From assembly GCF_009914755.1 (NCBI RefSeq), contig NC_060925.1: a stretch of DNA of 64,000 nt. One strand, 5' to 3'. The notes beneath the pieces are model-generated. The model ran no database searches. It saw only the letters and a list, made by a program, of their open reading frames with translations, and was not told the origin of the DNA. The position numbers were made by a program, and so were the translations under genes. Numbering within the stretch: the stretch's first letter is position 1; the number at the start of each line of letters is the position of its first letter. The stretch comes from the human T2T-CHM13v2.0 reference genome, Homo sapiens. Shown here one piece after another: positions 30,096 through 45,822 of the stretch.

Positions 30096-30969
30096 ATGTC
30101 ATTTTGCTTGCTCTTGAGTAAGAAGTAATTTGAACACACTTTTAAAGGCTACTTATTCTGTGAAGAATATTGAAGAATTGCCATGTAAACGAGATGAGAT
30201 GGATTCTAATTGTCCAAATTGATGGTGACAGTTTCACATTTAAATGTCAATGATGACAAGCTTTCATTATGTTTCCATATACTCTAATATCCAGCAAATA
30301 TTTCGGCCTATACTTGTACCAGGTACTATGCTTGCTTGGCTTGTGGCTTCAGAGATGCGGCATGCCCTGTTCTTCAAGAAGGCAGCAAAGTGTTAATGGT
30401 AGAAAAGTAAAGTGTATTCTGAGTACAGAGACAGCAAAAAGAGGAATAGGCACGATCTCAAGAAAATGAGTTTACCTTCCTCTTTGCCATGTAAGTCTAG
30501 CTAAATATTTTTCTTTTGTCAAACTTCGTATTTGCTGGAAATTAACCAACATGAAATGCATGATTTTCCCTAAGAAATTTTGTCTTTTAAAAAAAAAATT
30601 TCCTGCAGAGCTGGTTCTACCATAACAGCAGCTGTGGATTATTTAGGACTCATCCCTTTTTTCTTGTCATTCACTGTTCCATGAGCACTACTATTTATTA
30701 GGTGGAGAATCGCCTGATTTTCTGAAGTTTGGAAGAGAGGACGCCTAATGCAAATTTGGCCTGGTTATAGAACATTCACTTTTTGGTATTCTCATCGTTG
30801 TTAACATGAATGGTTGACTGAATGTAGAGCTGGCTGTGTTGTTCTGCACACTGACTGGAATTTGTAGAGTTCAGGTAGTTCTAAAATAAATGGTTTCACT
30901 CAGCAAAGTTAGATGATCCCTGAAATTGACTTTGGATTAATATGAGGAATATATAAACTTCTAAAAAAT

Positions 30970-31253
30970 TATTTGAGACGGTCTCAGTTGGCTGCGTAGG
31001 CTGGAGTGCAGTGGCAAGATCATGGCTCACTGCAGCCTTGACCTCCTTGGGCGCAGGTAATCCTCCCACCTCAGCCTCCTGAGTGGCTGGGTTTACAGTT
31101 GTGCACCACCATGCTCAGCTAATTTTTTTTATTATTTGTAGAGGTGAGGTCTCACTATGTTGCCCCGGCCACTCTGGAAATCCTGGGCTCGAGTGATCCT
31201 CCCGCCTCAGCCTCCCAGTGTTGGGATTACAGGCGTGAGCCACCATGTCTGAG
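30970..31253 (-). mobile_element. AluJ
   Basis: Diverged dimer. Confidence 0.9.
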
Positions 31254-31769
31254 CTTAAACATTTTTAAAAAGAAAACATACGGGCCTTAAATTGGGGGTG
31301 GTTTCTTCCAGAAACAAGATCAGGTAGAGAACTGCATCAGAATAGATTGATCTGAGCCACTTTAAATTCTTGACCAGAAAATCTAGATTTAGGTTAAGAG
31401 CTTGTTCCCAAGAGGGGCTTTTCAAATTCCTTAGTCTACTCTTGTCACCAGCTGTGCTTTAGCTGAGTGAACATGAGAAACTAGTTCTGCTTAGGAGCTA
31501 ATAGTGGTGCCAGTCATTCTAAGTGTATCCTTTTTTATTATTTTTGAAAGGTACTCCCTTAATCCCCTCTAAGCACATATTTGTACATGACAGAAATTTA
31601 CTTGGGTGGCTGGTGGTTTTGAGCTTTCAAACATCCTGAATTATAAGCTTTATGAACTGCTCTGCTGTGTGGCCTCCTTTGTTGTCTTATGCATTTGCCT
31701 CTAGTGTTTAGTAGACAAATGTTTGCATTTAAAAAACACACCATGAACATACGTGGACTACATCTGCAA

Positions 31770-32057
31770 TTTTTCTTTTTTCCGGAGACAACGTCTTGCT
31801 CTGTTGCCCATGCTGGAGTGCAGTGGTATGATCACTGCTCACTGCAGCCTCAACCTCTCTGACTGAAGGGAATCCTCCCACCTCAGCCTCCCAAGTGGCT
31901 GGGACAGGTGTGCGCCACCACGCCCTAATTTTTATTTTTTTGTAGACAGGGTTTTGCTGTGTTGCCAGGGCTAGTCTCAAACTCCTGGGTTCAAGCAATC
32001 CGCCTGCCCCAGCCTCCCAAAGTGTTGGGATTACAGGTGTGACCACCACACCTGGCC
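31770..32057 (-). mobile_element. AluJ
   Basis: Diverged dimer. Confidence 0.9.
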
Positions 32058-33536
32058 ACAAAATTCTTGTAGCTAGTGCTAGTAGGTTAGAATAAAACAA
32101 CTCACTTAGGATTGCAGCAGATGGGAGTTGTAGTAGAACCTTTGAAAACAATGATACCAGTTTTGGCAAAGGGATCTATTTTCGTGTATATGTATAGTTA
32201 GTTAGGAAAAGTAATGAAGGTCATATGCCAAAAGTAACGGTTGTTTTTGAGTGGTGGACTTAGAGTGGCCAGACCCCCTTATTAAAGAAGTCTCATAGCA
32301 CTTGTCCCAGGTGCCATTTGGTTTTGCATGACTATTTCCCCCTCCGACAGTAAGCCTCCTGAAGGGGAGGGTCGAGTCTGTTTTCCTCACCATCATACAC
32401 CCACATCCAAGCACAGTGCCTCTTCCCTTACTCACTGAACATATTAGCATATAGGTTATAGCATAGCCTATAATCATTTGTCTCTCCTGCTTAGGGCCTA
32501 ACTCTGGCTACTCTTTCCAGTGATTGTTCTATTCTGCCTTTGGGGATACATCCTGAGTTGCCCTTTGTACCGCTGCCATTCTTCACTTCCATCTGAGTAG
32601 TAGTATAAACGTGTTTTCATCCAGTTACTGCATCACTGGTAGAGGGTACCATTTTACTTGCTTTTTGGGGGAGCTCCGACTCTAGGATTTTTGAAAACTT
32701 TTCTTTCTTCAAAGGGTTGCCTGGTTAAATTATGGAAAACAGCATCTCCCATTGCTTGTGTAATCCTATACCTACACATTCTCCCACTCTAAAGCCTGTT
32801 GATTTGGGGGAGGCTGGGGAGAAGAGAAGAAACAATTACATAGATGTCAGTGACCACATTGCTAGCCTGAGTCCCAGTTGCCCTCTGGGTTCCACAGAGA
32901 GTCACAGTCCCATTTTTGTGGCATGAATACTAGCAGTATCAGAGCCCTTTATTTCCATCCCTAAAGTTTGTCAAAAAGTCAACTCATCACCTATGTGACA
33001 AACTTAGGAAGTGTTTCTGAACCACTGTCATTTATATCCATGCTAGTCTTCACAAGGTATATCCTGTAAGTTCGATGGGGAAAGCAGTAGATTCATCTGA
33101 TGCTTGGAGCCACATTAATGTTTATTAGTCCTTCTAACTATTCCAGAACGAGGAGTGAAAGCCCACAGTACCTGGCCTTGCATTTCCTTATCTCCAACTA
33201 TATCTCCTATTGTTCCTCCATTTCAACCAAGGGATAGCCTAAAATATTATTTTATTCAGAATCCTCCCAATCAAAATATTTACAGCTTTTTTTTTTATAT
33301 CATACCACCTTTTTCCATACCCACTCATCCAAATTCAGCCACGTTTCAAGATTTCTCCTCTTCATCTGGCCGTTACTGTATAATCTGTGGTAAGCAAAAC
33401 CTCTAAACTGGCCATCTGTAAAATAAGGATGATACCAATGTGCCAGTAGGTCTGTTGAGATTATAAATGGGATACCTTAAAGGGAAAATATTTTGTCCCT
33501 AGAGAGTGCTGGCTAATGATCAGGTAGGTAATAGTA

Positions 33537-33742
33537 CAGGTCTACAATCCCTTATCCAAAACCCTTGTGACTAGCGGTATTTCAAAACACATCACAGCAC
33601 ATTCTCGAACAAACCTATGGCTGGATATATGGCCACAATAAAATGTATTGACATGAATTTCAGGTCAGATTTTGTAGCCAAATTCGACAAGAAAAAGCTT
33701 GGTTTTCAGAGCCCTGTGGATTTCAGAACTGCAAACTTGTAG
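33537..33742. mobile_element. Tigger/MER46-like DNA transposon relic
   Basis: tacaggtctacaatcccttatcc...ggttttcagagccctgtggatttcagaa. Confidence 0.5.
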
Positions 33743-34967
33743 TGGCTTTCAAATTTTTGCTGGTGCTCACTTGGCAGCTGGTCCCAACTGCCTTTACTTT
33801 CTACATAACTGGCAGAGACAAATTAGCAGGTGCACTCTAACCTGTATAGCAGCAACAACAGAACCTTGCACACTCTGAGCCTTCTGCAGAGCAACCGGAA
33901 GCCTATAAATGAAGCCGGTGAGTGAGAATAGGCTGCCAAAGCCCAGATGCGGTCCTTCTGGAATCTCTCACTCAATCCTCTTGTCTTACAGAAGGGAAAA
34001 TCCAAGGCAGAAAATGGAAAAATGACTTGTCCGAGGTTCAACAACTTTAGACTGAGCTGCTTTGACAATGTCGGATGCCTGTATCCTTTTCCTTCATGGC
34101 ACTGAATGGCTCACACGTATTCATGGCTAGAGCCATGGGCTTAACCCTTGTCCAGTCAATCCCGATGGCCAGAAAAGTAGGATACTATTAGCTACGCTTT
34201 ACCCAACTTGTCTTTGCGGTTAGGCAGGTAGGTCTTCATCATAAGATGGCAGCACCCTTTGGGTTTATTTGGCTACAACAGTTGGGGAAGATGCATTCCC
34301 TCAAAAGGAAAATAGGCTGGTCACAGAGAAAGACTATTAGGCAGATAAAACAAGTCTATTGCAAATATTATCTACCATTGTTAAGTGATTGCTATTAAAA
34401 GCACAGCACTAATTATAAAACAATCTTCACAACGTTATTTTCCCCAATTTACAAATAAAACTGAGCTACCTTGAGAAGTTGTAAGACTTGCTCTTTCCAA
34501 TGATCTGGATTTTACCTATTTTTCTAAGTCAGGTCTTTGTGTTTAGGGAAGATGTGTGTTGTAGAATAGAAAACATGTTGCTTGCAAACAATCTTTCTCC
34601 TAGCTTTTTCCCACAACTCTGAACTCTAGAAAAGAGAAATTCCCCCAGCTGGAAAAAAGACGTTAGTAGGCTCTGAGAATGGCAGGAATGTGAGCTTCAT
34701 TCTCTAGAAAGACATCAGAGGAATAACTACATGGAGTACAAAACAGGTTGGACTCTACGCACTGGAACTTCCAGTAGTAGAAACTATTACCAGGGCAAAG
34801 TTTGCAATTTGTTGTACCATCTGCCTTCAAAGGACACCTTAGAGTTGGTCACTAAGGAGTTCAGCAGTGACCATGATGGACTGAAGACAAGAGTCCCTCT
34901 TGTATCTTCTGCGCACAGGCAATTCTCCTGGATCTTGTGTAACCTTAGCAAAGAACTGGGACTGAAT

Positions 34968-34986
34968 TTCCCGGTAGGTGGCAAGA
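34968..34986 (+). promoter_or_regulatory. Candidate CTCF motif
   Basis: ttcCCGGTAGGTGGCAaga matches the CC(A/G)(C/G)(C/T)AG(A/G)(G/T)GGC(A/G) core. Confidence 0.45.
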
Positions 34987-35854
34987 TGGGGACTCAGATA
35001 TATTTTGATATAAAATAATATGTACTGTGACATTTCTTTCACCCTCAAACATCATATACTTTACTGCTTGTTCTAGGAAGCTCCATGACCTCAGAGAAAA
35101 AGATAGGCTTTACAGAAAGGCAAATTTATATTCTAAGCAAAGACTGTCTCACAAATACCACTGTCCAACAATGAAACTTTCCCATGCTTGTTTCACCTCT
35201 AAAACAACACTAGGACTAACTTTAAAGGATTGTTTAGAGGATTAAAATGTGTCAATACACAAGGTGCTAAAAAAAAATGTGTAGCATGTAAAAATGGCTC
35301 AATAAATGTATTTTTACTGTGGTATAGCAGGCACTCTGTTTCTTGCTACACTTCAAATATTACCTTTTTGGAAAACTCTTGGAAACATAAGTTAGTCACC
35401 TCAAAGACGTTCCTCCTGCTTTTATACTCGGAAAGCATTGAGGTTAGGTGAAAGTACACCATTATGTTTTGTAAGTGAAAATAATTGGATCAAAACTTAC
35501 TGGCTTACCTAAAATGCAGGACAATCAGCATTCTTGTAGATCAAAATCAGCTTTAAAAACATTTAGGTTTGCAAGCATGCATGCTTAGATGTTCATTAGG
35601 TCATGGGATGGCCATGTCCAGCACTGGACTCTCAGCCCTAGCACAGGTGGGCCATGAGCCCTTCGGGAAAGGTTCCGTTCACCTGACGACTCCGGTGAGA
35701 TGATTAGTTTCACCGTCAGTGTCACATGGCCATCTTAAGTCTACTTTGTCACTATTAGCGCTGCAGCACCCTGAGAACTGCCAGTTTGATCCAGAGAGAA
35801 GCTGAACTCATAATTCTGATGGCTGATGAAAACAATAAGATATTAAGAAATCCA

Positions 35855-36263
<409 letters not shown>

Positions 36264-37700
36264 CTATCAGGAAACCTGTTTTCAATATAGGCCTCAAGTT
36301 TTAATTAAGTATTTAAGGTGGTTTCTTGAAAATAATTAAATAAAATGCTTAATTAAAAAAATGTTCCCAAAGTTAAAATGGTCTCCTGAAGACACACATT
36401 TAGGCAAAAAAAGAAAAAAAAAAAAAAAGAAGAAACAACTTTAAAAAAAAGAGAAACAGTCTTATCACCTGTTAATTATAATTCCTAAAATAACTCAAAT
36501 CCCTTTTCTTTTCTATGTAAAAAGAAACAACTGTACTTTAGGACCTCATCATTCTCACTAGCACAACAGCCTGCTCTATCTGATGCATTCACCTCCAGTT
36601 CTGCCCTTCCGTGATCCCCACCTGACAGTCATCCACGCAGCAATCCCAGTGATCCTGTCATAGTGCAAATCTCATCTGTAGTAGTTCAACTTAGTCACGC
36701 TGGTAGCCAGTGGGCTAAGTCTAGCTGGCAGATTTTTTGTTTTATTTCAATGCCTTTGAGCAGGTATGTACCCCAAGCCCCACCATTCACTCTAGGCATT
36801 CACACCTGGCCCCTGTGAGACATCTGAATTTGCCAACCTCTGACCTACAGTATACAATCCAAATACTGCAGCTGGTGTGATCTTTCTAAAACGCAAATGA
36901 GGCCATGCTTCTGCCCTGCTACGCTAAAAAAAAAAAAAAAAAAAAAAAAAACAGACCAAAACCTCTGTCTTCATAGAGCTTGAAGTGCTATGGGGATGAA
37001 ATAAGGGAGAGAAGAGAACATGGTGTGGTGAGGGCAGGGGAGCCTATTTCAGATAGGCTGGTCAAGGAAGACCCACAGAGATGAGGGGACGTACTATAAC
37101 GAAAGATGCACTCCAATCAAGGAGTGGGACAGAGGCCCTAGAAGGTGGGTGGGCTGTCCCCGCCAGTATTTTCTCAGGCAAATCCTAGTTGTTTTTCAGG
37201 AATCAGCTCAAATGCCATTTCTCCAAGGAAACCTTTCCTACCATTCCCAGGTGGAATGAAATTCCTCCTCCCATACATTCATATGCATATCTCAGCTATA
37301 CTTTCATAATTCTGTCATCATTTGTGAACATTGTCCTCAAAAATATTCACCGAAAAAAATTATCTGAAGGATAAATAGGCAGATATGATAAAGCACTCTT
37401 GATGAAACCCTCCTATTTCTTTCTCTAACAACGAGGGATGGTATATGAAATATATTCTTCAGAAAGAAAGGGGTTTTGAAATCAAAGTCCAGGTTTACAT
37501 TTCTCATGTGAGTGAAGTTGGACAAATTCCTTAGCCTGGCTAAAGCCACCATTTATGCACCAGTAAAGTGCTGGAAGGACCAAATATGAGAAGGCACATT
37601 TTAGCCCGAACCCAGTGAAAACACATAGTCGGCCCTCAGTAAATACTGCTTTTCCTTCCTCTTAAACTGCTTTCCATCATTTAGCTGCCAAAAGCAGGTG

Positions 37701-37719
37701 TTGCCACAAGAGGGCACTT
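37701..37719 (+). promoter_or_regulatory. Candidate CTCF motif
   Basis: TTGCCACAAGAGGGCACTT closely resembles the consensus TGGCCACCAGGGGGCGCTA. Confidence 0.5.
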
Positions 37720-38696
37720 TTAGCACAGCTGGAAAAGCATGGCTGCTTTGCCTTCTCAGATTAAACCAGCCACCATCTCATGCTTAAGCTTTAAATCCAC
37801 AGTGGGTGAACAATGAATGAAAAATAACATTTGACAAGTATAGAGCGGTGATGAGTTTGGTACTGCCAAGTCTATTACAGACAGACTTAAGAGAAACGAG
37901 AACCTAGCATGGTGGCGAAGAGCAAGGGTGTTTGAAGTCAGACTGATGGGGGTTTGAATGCGGGTTCCCTGACCACACCGGGCAAGTGTGCCTCTCTGAG
38001 CTTCACCTGTAGATGCCAGGCCTCTAGTAGAGGATGGGTGCTGGCCCCAGTGAACTCAGTCTGGCTTGATGGATGGATGAACCAATGTATACATAGGCCC
38101 CAAGTGATGAGAACTGTAGGAAAGAAGAATTGAAGTTACCTGGTAAATGCTGACCCACTGTGGGTACACAATGGCACTAGCTCTGTGCTTTCTCCTCTGA
38201 GCAGTGCATCATCTATAGCGTTGCCCAATACTGACAGCCTATGCTTCAAGGAAGCCAAGTGAGACAAGAAGCTATCAAAAAGATGAATTCTAACTTCAAC
38301 AAATTAGAAAAAAATCAGACTCTAAGAGGGTTTTTTAAAGTTGATTAAAACACATGTGTTAAGGACAATCTCTTCAACAAATGGTGTTGGGAAAATGAAA
38401 TATCCACATGCAAAAGAATGAAGTTGGACCCTTACTTTACAACATATACAGAAATTCACTCAAAATGTATTCAAGATCTAAATTTAAGACGTAAAATTAT
38501 AAAACTCACATTGGATTTGGCAGCATATCTTGGATATGCCACCAAAAGCACAGGCAACAAGAGTAGAAGTAAATAACTGGACTACATACAAATTTAGAAC
38601 TTTGCTGTGCATCAAAGTCAATGGATATAATCAAAGGAGTGAAAAGGTAACCTGTGGAATGACAGAAAGTATTTGCAAATAACATATCTGATAAAG

Positions 38697-39129
<433 letters not shown>

Positions 39130-39649
39130 AATATGTATTTACAACATATACAGAAATCAAAAATATATTCAAGATCTAAATTTAAGACATAAAATTACAA
39201 AATTCTTAGAAAACAGGAGGAAAGCTGTTAAATATATATATATCCTTAAATATATATATTAATTTAATAATATAAATATTGTTATTTATATATTATATGT
39301 TACTGTTAAAAAAATATATATATATCTCCTTAGACATATATATCTAAGGGGGTTAAAATCCAGAATATAAAGAATTCTTACAACTAAACATCACCTCAAG
39401 CATATGAAAAGATGCTCAACATCACTAATCATTAGGAAAATACAAATCAAAACCAGAACAAGATTATCATATCACATCCATTAGGACGGCTACAATCTGA
39501 AAAACAGAAAATAACAAGTGTTGGTGAGGATGTGGAGAAACTGGAACCCTTGTGCACTCTTGGTGGGATTCTAAAATGGGCCAGCCATAATGGAAAAGTC
39601 TAGTGGTTTCTCAAAAAAATTAGAATTACCATATGATACAGCAATTTCA

Positions 39650-39995
<346 letters not shown>

Positions 39996-41471
39996 GTGGG
40001 ATCTTGAAAAGTATTTGTACACCCATGTTCATAGCAGGATTATTCACAATAGCCAAGAGGTAGAAGCAACCCAAGTACCCATCAACCAAAGGCTGGATAA
40101 ACAAAATGGTACACATACAATGGAATATTATTCAGACTTAAGAAGGAAGGAAATTCTGACATATGTTACACAACATGGAATAACATCAAGGGCGTTATGC
40201 TATGTGAAATAAGCCAGCCACAAAAAGACAAATATGGTACGATTCCACTTATATAAAATACCTAGTGTAGTCAAATTCATAGAAACATAAAGAATGGTGG
40301 TTATCGATGACTGAGGTGAGGGGAAAATGGTGAGTTTCTGTTTAATGGGTATGGAGTTTTAATTTTGCAAGGAAATGTTCTGGAGATTGGTTGAACAACA
40401 ATGTGAATATATGTAACACTACTAAACTGTATGCTTAAAAATGTCTAAGATGGTATATTTTATGTGTATTTTACCACAATCTTTTTCTTTAAAAAAGGTT
40501 TAATATGCTTCTCCCTCTGACACACCTTAATGTGCTTCCACCTCTGCTGAGTCTGCTTGTACCAAAATGCCTCTACTTGATGAGTAAAGCTACTCAGGAG
40601 CTTGGAAACCTGATAATGCAGTTGAAATACCCTGAAAACAGAAAGATTAGCACTTCCTTCCTTCTAATTTACCACAAGTATGCCACAAGACACTGGATAT
40701 TCAGTCATACATACTATTCATAAAAGCATTTGTATATAAAACAGTATTTTCTACATATGGAGTCTCAATCACCTAACAGGATGCCAACCTCTAAAATATG
40801 GGCAGACTTCTGGCTCTGGATTAGTCTCTGTATGCAGTTACAAAGGAATTTTAATACTTGTTTTCAGGAAAAAGTATTTATTTTACACCATTACAAAAAT
40901 ATTTAGGCACATAATTTTCATGTTTATGTCACCTGATTTACATACCTCAATTCCTCAGTACCTTTTAACACTAAAAATGGTCATTTGGTAAATAGACTCT
41001 AAAATGAAAAAATACTGTGAGAAGCTAACACCTGTAGACAAAAATCAGTTGATCATCAGCATGAGAAAGAAAACATTTGTGAAAAAAATAATCTCTAAAA
41101 ACATTTTTGTGAGACAATAAATCTAACCAGTAGATTTCTTTTTAAAAAGTATTTTTAAAGAACAAAGCTTTAAAAAAAAAAAAACTACAACACTGTAAAC
41201 TATATCCTCATGCCATGAAGCAGCATCCTGAAAGTAAGACCTAGAAGACTGGCTTAGAAAACAGTAATGGTGCCAGGGACTCACAATATATGACAACTGA
41301 GACAGGCCTGGAAGCAGGGGCAGCATGGGGTCAAGTGCTTTCAATTCAGAGAGGGGAAAAGGAACGCTGGCCTTTCCAGGAGCCATCTAAAGGTAAAAAC
41401 TGAGAAAGATTTAACTGAATTGACATTCTAAAATGTAACTATGTTTCTTTAAGATAGAAAATAATTTTCCT

Positions 41472-41813
41472 GGCCGGACATGTGGCACACACCTGTAATC
41501 CCAGCACTTTGGGAGGCTGAGACAGAAGGGTTACTTGAGGCCAGGAGTTTGAGACCAGTCTGGCAACAGAGTGAGACCCTGTCTTTACCAGAAAAAAAAA
41601 AAAAAAGGAAGAAACGAGCCAGGCGTAATGGCACATGCCTATAGTCGTAGCTACTTAGCAGGCTAAGGCAGGAGGATCACTTGAGCCTAGGAGTTTGAGA
41701 CTGTGGTGAGCTGCTATGATTACGCCATTACACTCCAGCCTGGCTGGCGACAGAGCAAGACCTTCTTTCTTTTTTTTTTTTTTTTTTTAAAAAAAGGAGG
41801 GGGAGTAGGGGGA
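41472..41813 (+). mobile_element. AluJ inside the SLC35D1 3'UTR (antisense in the mRNA) with an aberrant tail
   Basis: 16-bp TSD agaaaataattttcct at 41456-41471 and 41814-41829. Confidence 0.9.
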
Positions 41814-42514
41814 AGAAAATAATTTTCCTTTATTAAAATGTACTGTCACAATATAAAAGAAATTTTGTTCTTTTTAAAAAATAGGTAGAATCACCTGCAT
41901 CATGTAATGGCCGTAATTGTGTCCAGCAGATATTTTTAAAAAAGAAAAGACAGTGAACAGAAACTGCTACCTAAGGATTCTAGAGGCAATGAGACACAGA
42001 GTCCTGTTTTTCAGGACAGACCGTATTGCCCAAGCCTCTAGCATTTACGGAGCATAAATTAAGAATCTTGTTTTGCCTTGAGTCTCACCATGAAATAATG
42101 ACACGGTAGCCACATTTGCTGAGGGCCTAATATGTACCAGGCATTGTGCTAAGTAGTTTCATATCCATGTCTCATTTATTCCGAACTTTTTTCCTCAGGG
42201 AGAGAAAAATCAATTACAGTCTTGTTCATAGGAAAAACCAAACTTACAATTTTGGGAAAGCAAGAACATGTACAGTAGAGGAGGAGGCCTCAAGCTACTT
42301 ACAGAATTCTAAGAGCTGTGTTGCTATCTCAGAGCTAGAAGATTAACTAATATGAGTTACAAAAGTCCTCTCGGATTAAAAAAATGCTTTAGCTCTGTGG
42401 GGCGTCCCTAAAATCAGTGATACTCATAACCATGCAGGCAGCTCTTGGTTACAAAATCACGGACTCCTTTCATCTGTCTCCTTTCTCCCACTCAGGGTCC
42501 AGGTTTCCATATCT

Positions 42515-42630
42515 GGCTAAAGAATTACACACTCCTTGAAAGCAAGAACCATGTCTTGTTTATCTTTTTTCCAGAGCTTAGCAAAATACTTGGCATACAA
42601 GAGCTGCTCACTAAGTCTTTGCTCACTGAA
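42515..42630 (+). mobile_element. L2 3'-end fragment
   Basis: ctccttgaaagcaagaaccatgtcttgtttatc...cttggcatacaagagctgctcactaag. Confidence 0.6.
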
Positions 42631-45600
42631 CGAGGCTATCAAGTAAGGCAGGCCCAAAGTCCTGGGGTGCCATTTCAAACCAACTCAATGTGAAACTCCA
42701 CTGTTTCTCCGTGAGGATCCTGCACCAGCTGTACTGACCAAAACCCTCCATGGATTCTTGATAAAACAGGACTACCAAAAGCGTGTAAATGCACTTTTTA
42801 AAAAAAAAAACTAGGTGCAAACTGGAGCCTACAAATGATTGACTCATAAAGTCCACAGCCACATGAGGCAATTAAAACTCAACGGGACATGCTGGCAATG
42901 TGTAGCCTGGCCAACTAGGGTTATTCCAATCCATTTAGCCTTGACTAGAAGCAGATTGGCCAAAGAGGGTCTCACTTACATTGAACAGGAGACACTAGTC
43001 ATAGAATTTGTCTTTTGGAATACCACAGCTCATCTGTCTCAGTGGGCAAATTAAGGATTTAACTCTGTATTGCCTCTTTTTCTCCCAGGAGGCAGTTAAC
43101 AGGACAAAGAATTTCTGCCTAGTAAATATCAAACATGGGGCAAAAACCAGACTTTCTGGGAGGTGCCACAGTACCAGGTAAATCACCAGTATATTGTAAC
43201 ACGCCTGCAATAATCAAAACGCAAACTCCAAAAGACTATTCAGTCTCCAGCTTGTTCACCCTGCTCCATCTTGCAATGCTGGTTAGTGGCTGAAGGATGC
43301 ATCCAGGAAGCAGAACACAGACAGGGCAAAGTTGCTGTACTGCTCTGGTCAGCCAGAAGTTTCAGCATAAGCCAGGGCTCCCAAGGCACAGAAGCCTGTC
43401 ACGTGCATTTAGTGAAGCTGTAACTACACAATGTTCTCAAATACTCCTGAAGAGGTGACAGATCTCCTAGGGAACCTGACCCCCAAGAGGCAGTTCAACT
43501 CCTGGTGGGGCTCTAGCCCAACACCTGTTAAAGACACCCAAAAGCCTTTCATGAAGAAATATTCTACAACAAAAATTATTCAAACGTCCCTCCTTCATGT
43601 TGCTGACAGAAAGAACAGAATCACTAAAAATAGCTCTCACTATGCCCTTTCACTGTACCTAAGCAAAACCAGGAAGTGTTGGCAACATTTACAGCCAGAA
43701 GTGCATTATCAACTAAAGTCAGCCTGGAAGTGGGATAAGGGTTCCAGGACAGGGTAAGCTGTCACTCTTCCTGATTTGCAAAGTATGCTCCTCTCTGACA
43801 CCAAATTCAATCAACTGCTTGCTTTTTTGAAAGTGCTCAAGTGAACTCAGGATCTGTTTCCTTACTCCCTCAGAGGGGAAGGGCGGTTAATTAAATGGCA
43901 GCATAGTTCAATAAAAAGGACATGGGTTTGATGTATTAGCAAGTCATCTTTCTCTGAGTTTTGTTTTCTCATTGGTAAAATAGGGAGAGTAAGACCCATA
44001 TGACACAAGATACTATCCTTTACTCCCAGTGGAATTTTCTCAGGTCAGAAGATGCTAGAAAAAAGTGAGTCTAAGGCTCTTAATGAAGCTTGTAACTTGG
44101 GAGTTGGTTGCAGGGATAATTCTAGGGACACAGCACCACCAGCCAAGCTTTAGTAAAGACAAACCAAAAGACAGGAATATGAAAATGATCTCAATATAAA
44201 TTTGCATATCAAAAAAAATCAAAACCCTAACTGTTTAGGTCAACAGAGTCCAGTGGATTCCAAACCCAATGAAATAGACACTGGTGTGTGCATTAGTGCA
44301 AAGGTACCAAATCTCTTGCACACTGGCTGTACAACTGGCCTGAGCAAACACACTAATCCTCAAAGTCAATGGATATCTCTGAGTCAAGTCATAGGGTTAT
44401 GTTTGAGTTAACACCTCCACCCTCCAGATTACCCCAAGAGGCAATTTAGGCAGTGCCCATTCACAGCTGCTCTCCCAAAATGCAGCATTGGTTTTGAGAG
44501 AAGTTGGCAAGCTCAGTAGGTGAGCCAAGGGGCACATGATGTAGGTGAGAATGTTGAAAGGAGGGAAGTTTGCTCATTGCTCATGCCATTTAAGAAGGAA
44601 GATGATAGCTCTAACACTGACACTGCCAGAGAAAAACCAACCATTGACAATACAAAGACGTCTAACCAGCCTTTCCCCTCAAACCAATAAATTCAGAAAT
44701 GTGGGACCTCATCATATTCATCCAAAGAGCAACCAAACCCAAAGGAAGGTGGCAAGGGAAAACAGACTTGCCTGTCTGCAATTTTCACTTAGAGAGGGAG
44801 TCAATGCTGAGCTGCACTGGTTTACAAAACACAGCTCTTTACTTGTACCTCATCTCACATTGCAGCATTTGGATTCACACTATTGCCGGGTAGGTAGGGC
44901 AGGTGTTCTTAATCCAATTTACAGATTTGCGGCTTTTGAGTGCTGAAACAACTTACTCTTAGTGACATCTTCTGAATAGATTAACAGAGCTAAATTCTCA
45001 ACCTTACCTGAGTCACTATGGCAGGAGTGAGATGTTTCAACTACCTCTGCAAACATCTCTGTATCCCCAGCATTTAGCACAATGCCTGGCACATATACTT
45101 AAAACATTTTAGTTGAATCAATAAGTCAAATAGATGAAAAATTAGTAAAAGGCCTACTTTCTCACCCCCTTCATTATCCCCATTCTACACAACAAAAAAA
45201 GAACATGTTTTCAAGGAATGCACTCTGCTCATCCTATGAAAGTCAGGGAAGCCAACATAGATAGCAATACACTTCAAAGCCCCACATATTTTTATAGTGC
45301 CAAAGTTGTTTTCCTTGGCAAATGGAATGATGATATGATGAAGACAATGCAATCATAAGAAATAAGATTCAAAGAAGAGAAATTTCACATATTCGTCTGC
45401 ATTTCCAGCAGAGGAAAGGCTAAACTGCCTCCAGATGCAGCAACAATTTGAATGATGAAGCTCCAGTTGGCAAACATTACATATGCAGCTCTCAGGGACA
45501 CCTGGATATCAAATTATGAAATAAAATACTTTCAAAACACTGATGTTTCACTGTCGGCATATAAGAAAAATAAATTAAAAAGCCCAGTACCTTTTCCAGT

Positions 45601-45822
45601 CTGATATAAATTAATTCAAACAACATATTTAAAATAGAGTCAATTATAAGTTTCTCTCTTCATAAAATTTTAAAAGGCAGCAATCAATCCTCAGATTGTA
45701 CAAGTGCAAAGGAATGGTTATTTCCTCCATAATCAAGACACCTCAGTGTCTCTGTAGGAACTGCCAGTGTTCTGAGTTGATTAAAAACTTAGGCCTACGT
45801 ATCAGATGAAGCAATCCTCTGG

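Larger units (their letters stand above)
26393..30115 (+). other. MIER1: MIER1 3'UTR (beta form); distal end approximate
   Basis: AT-rich, essentially repeat-free sequence after the stop codon; poly(A) signals AATAAA 27961-27966, AATAAA 29500-29505, ATTAAA 30090-30095. Confidence 0.7.
40830..45822 (-). other. SLC35D1: SLC35D1 3'UTR, about 5 kb; end approximate
   Basis: Follows the stop codon; minus-strand AATAAA at 40877-40882 and ATTAAA at 40850-40855; further AATAAA at 41829-41834 and 42175-42180. Confidence 0.65.

Noticed and set aside
36926-36951. Isolated poly(A) run as a processed pseudogene tail
   Set aside because: No upstream mRNA-like sequence or clear TSD; it sits among L2-like fragments
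44545-44946. 133-aa plus-strand ORF, also 43431..43757, antisense to the SLC35D1 3'UTR
   Set aside because: No recognisable domain or splice context, and 44545 has a GTG start; the lengths are compatible with chance
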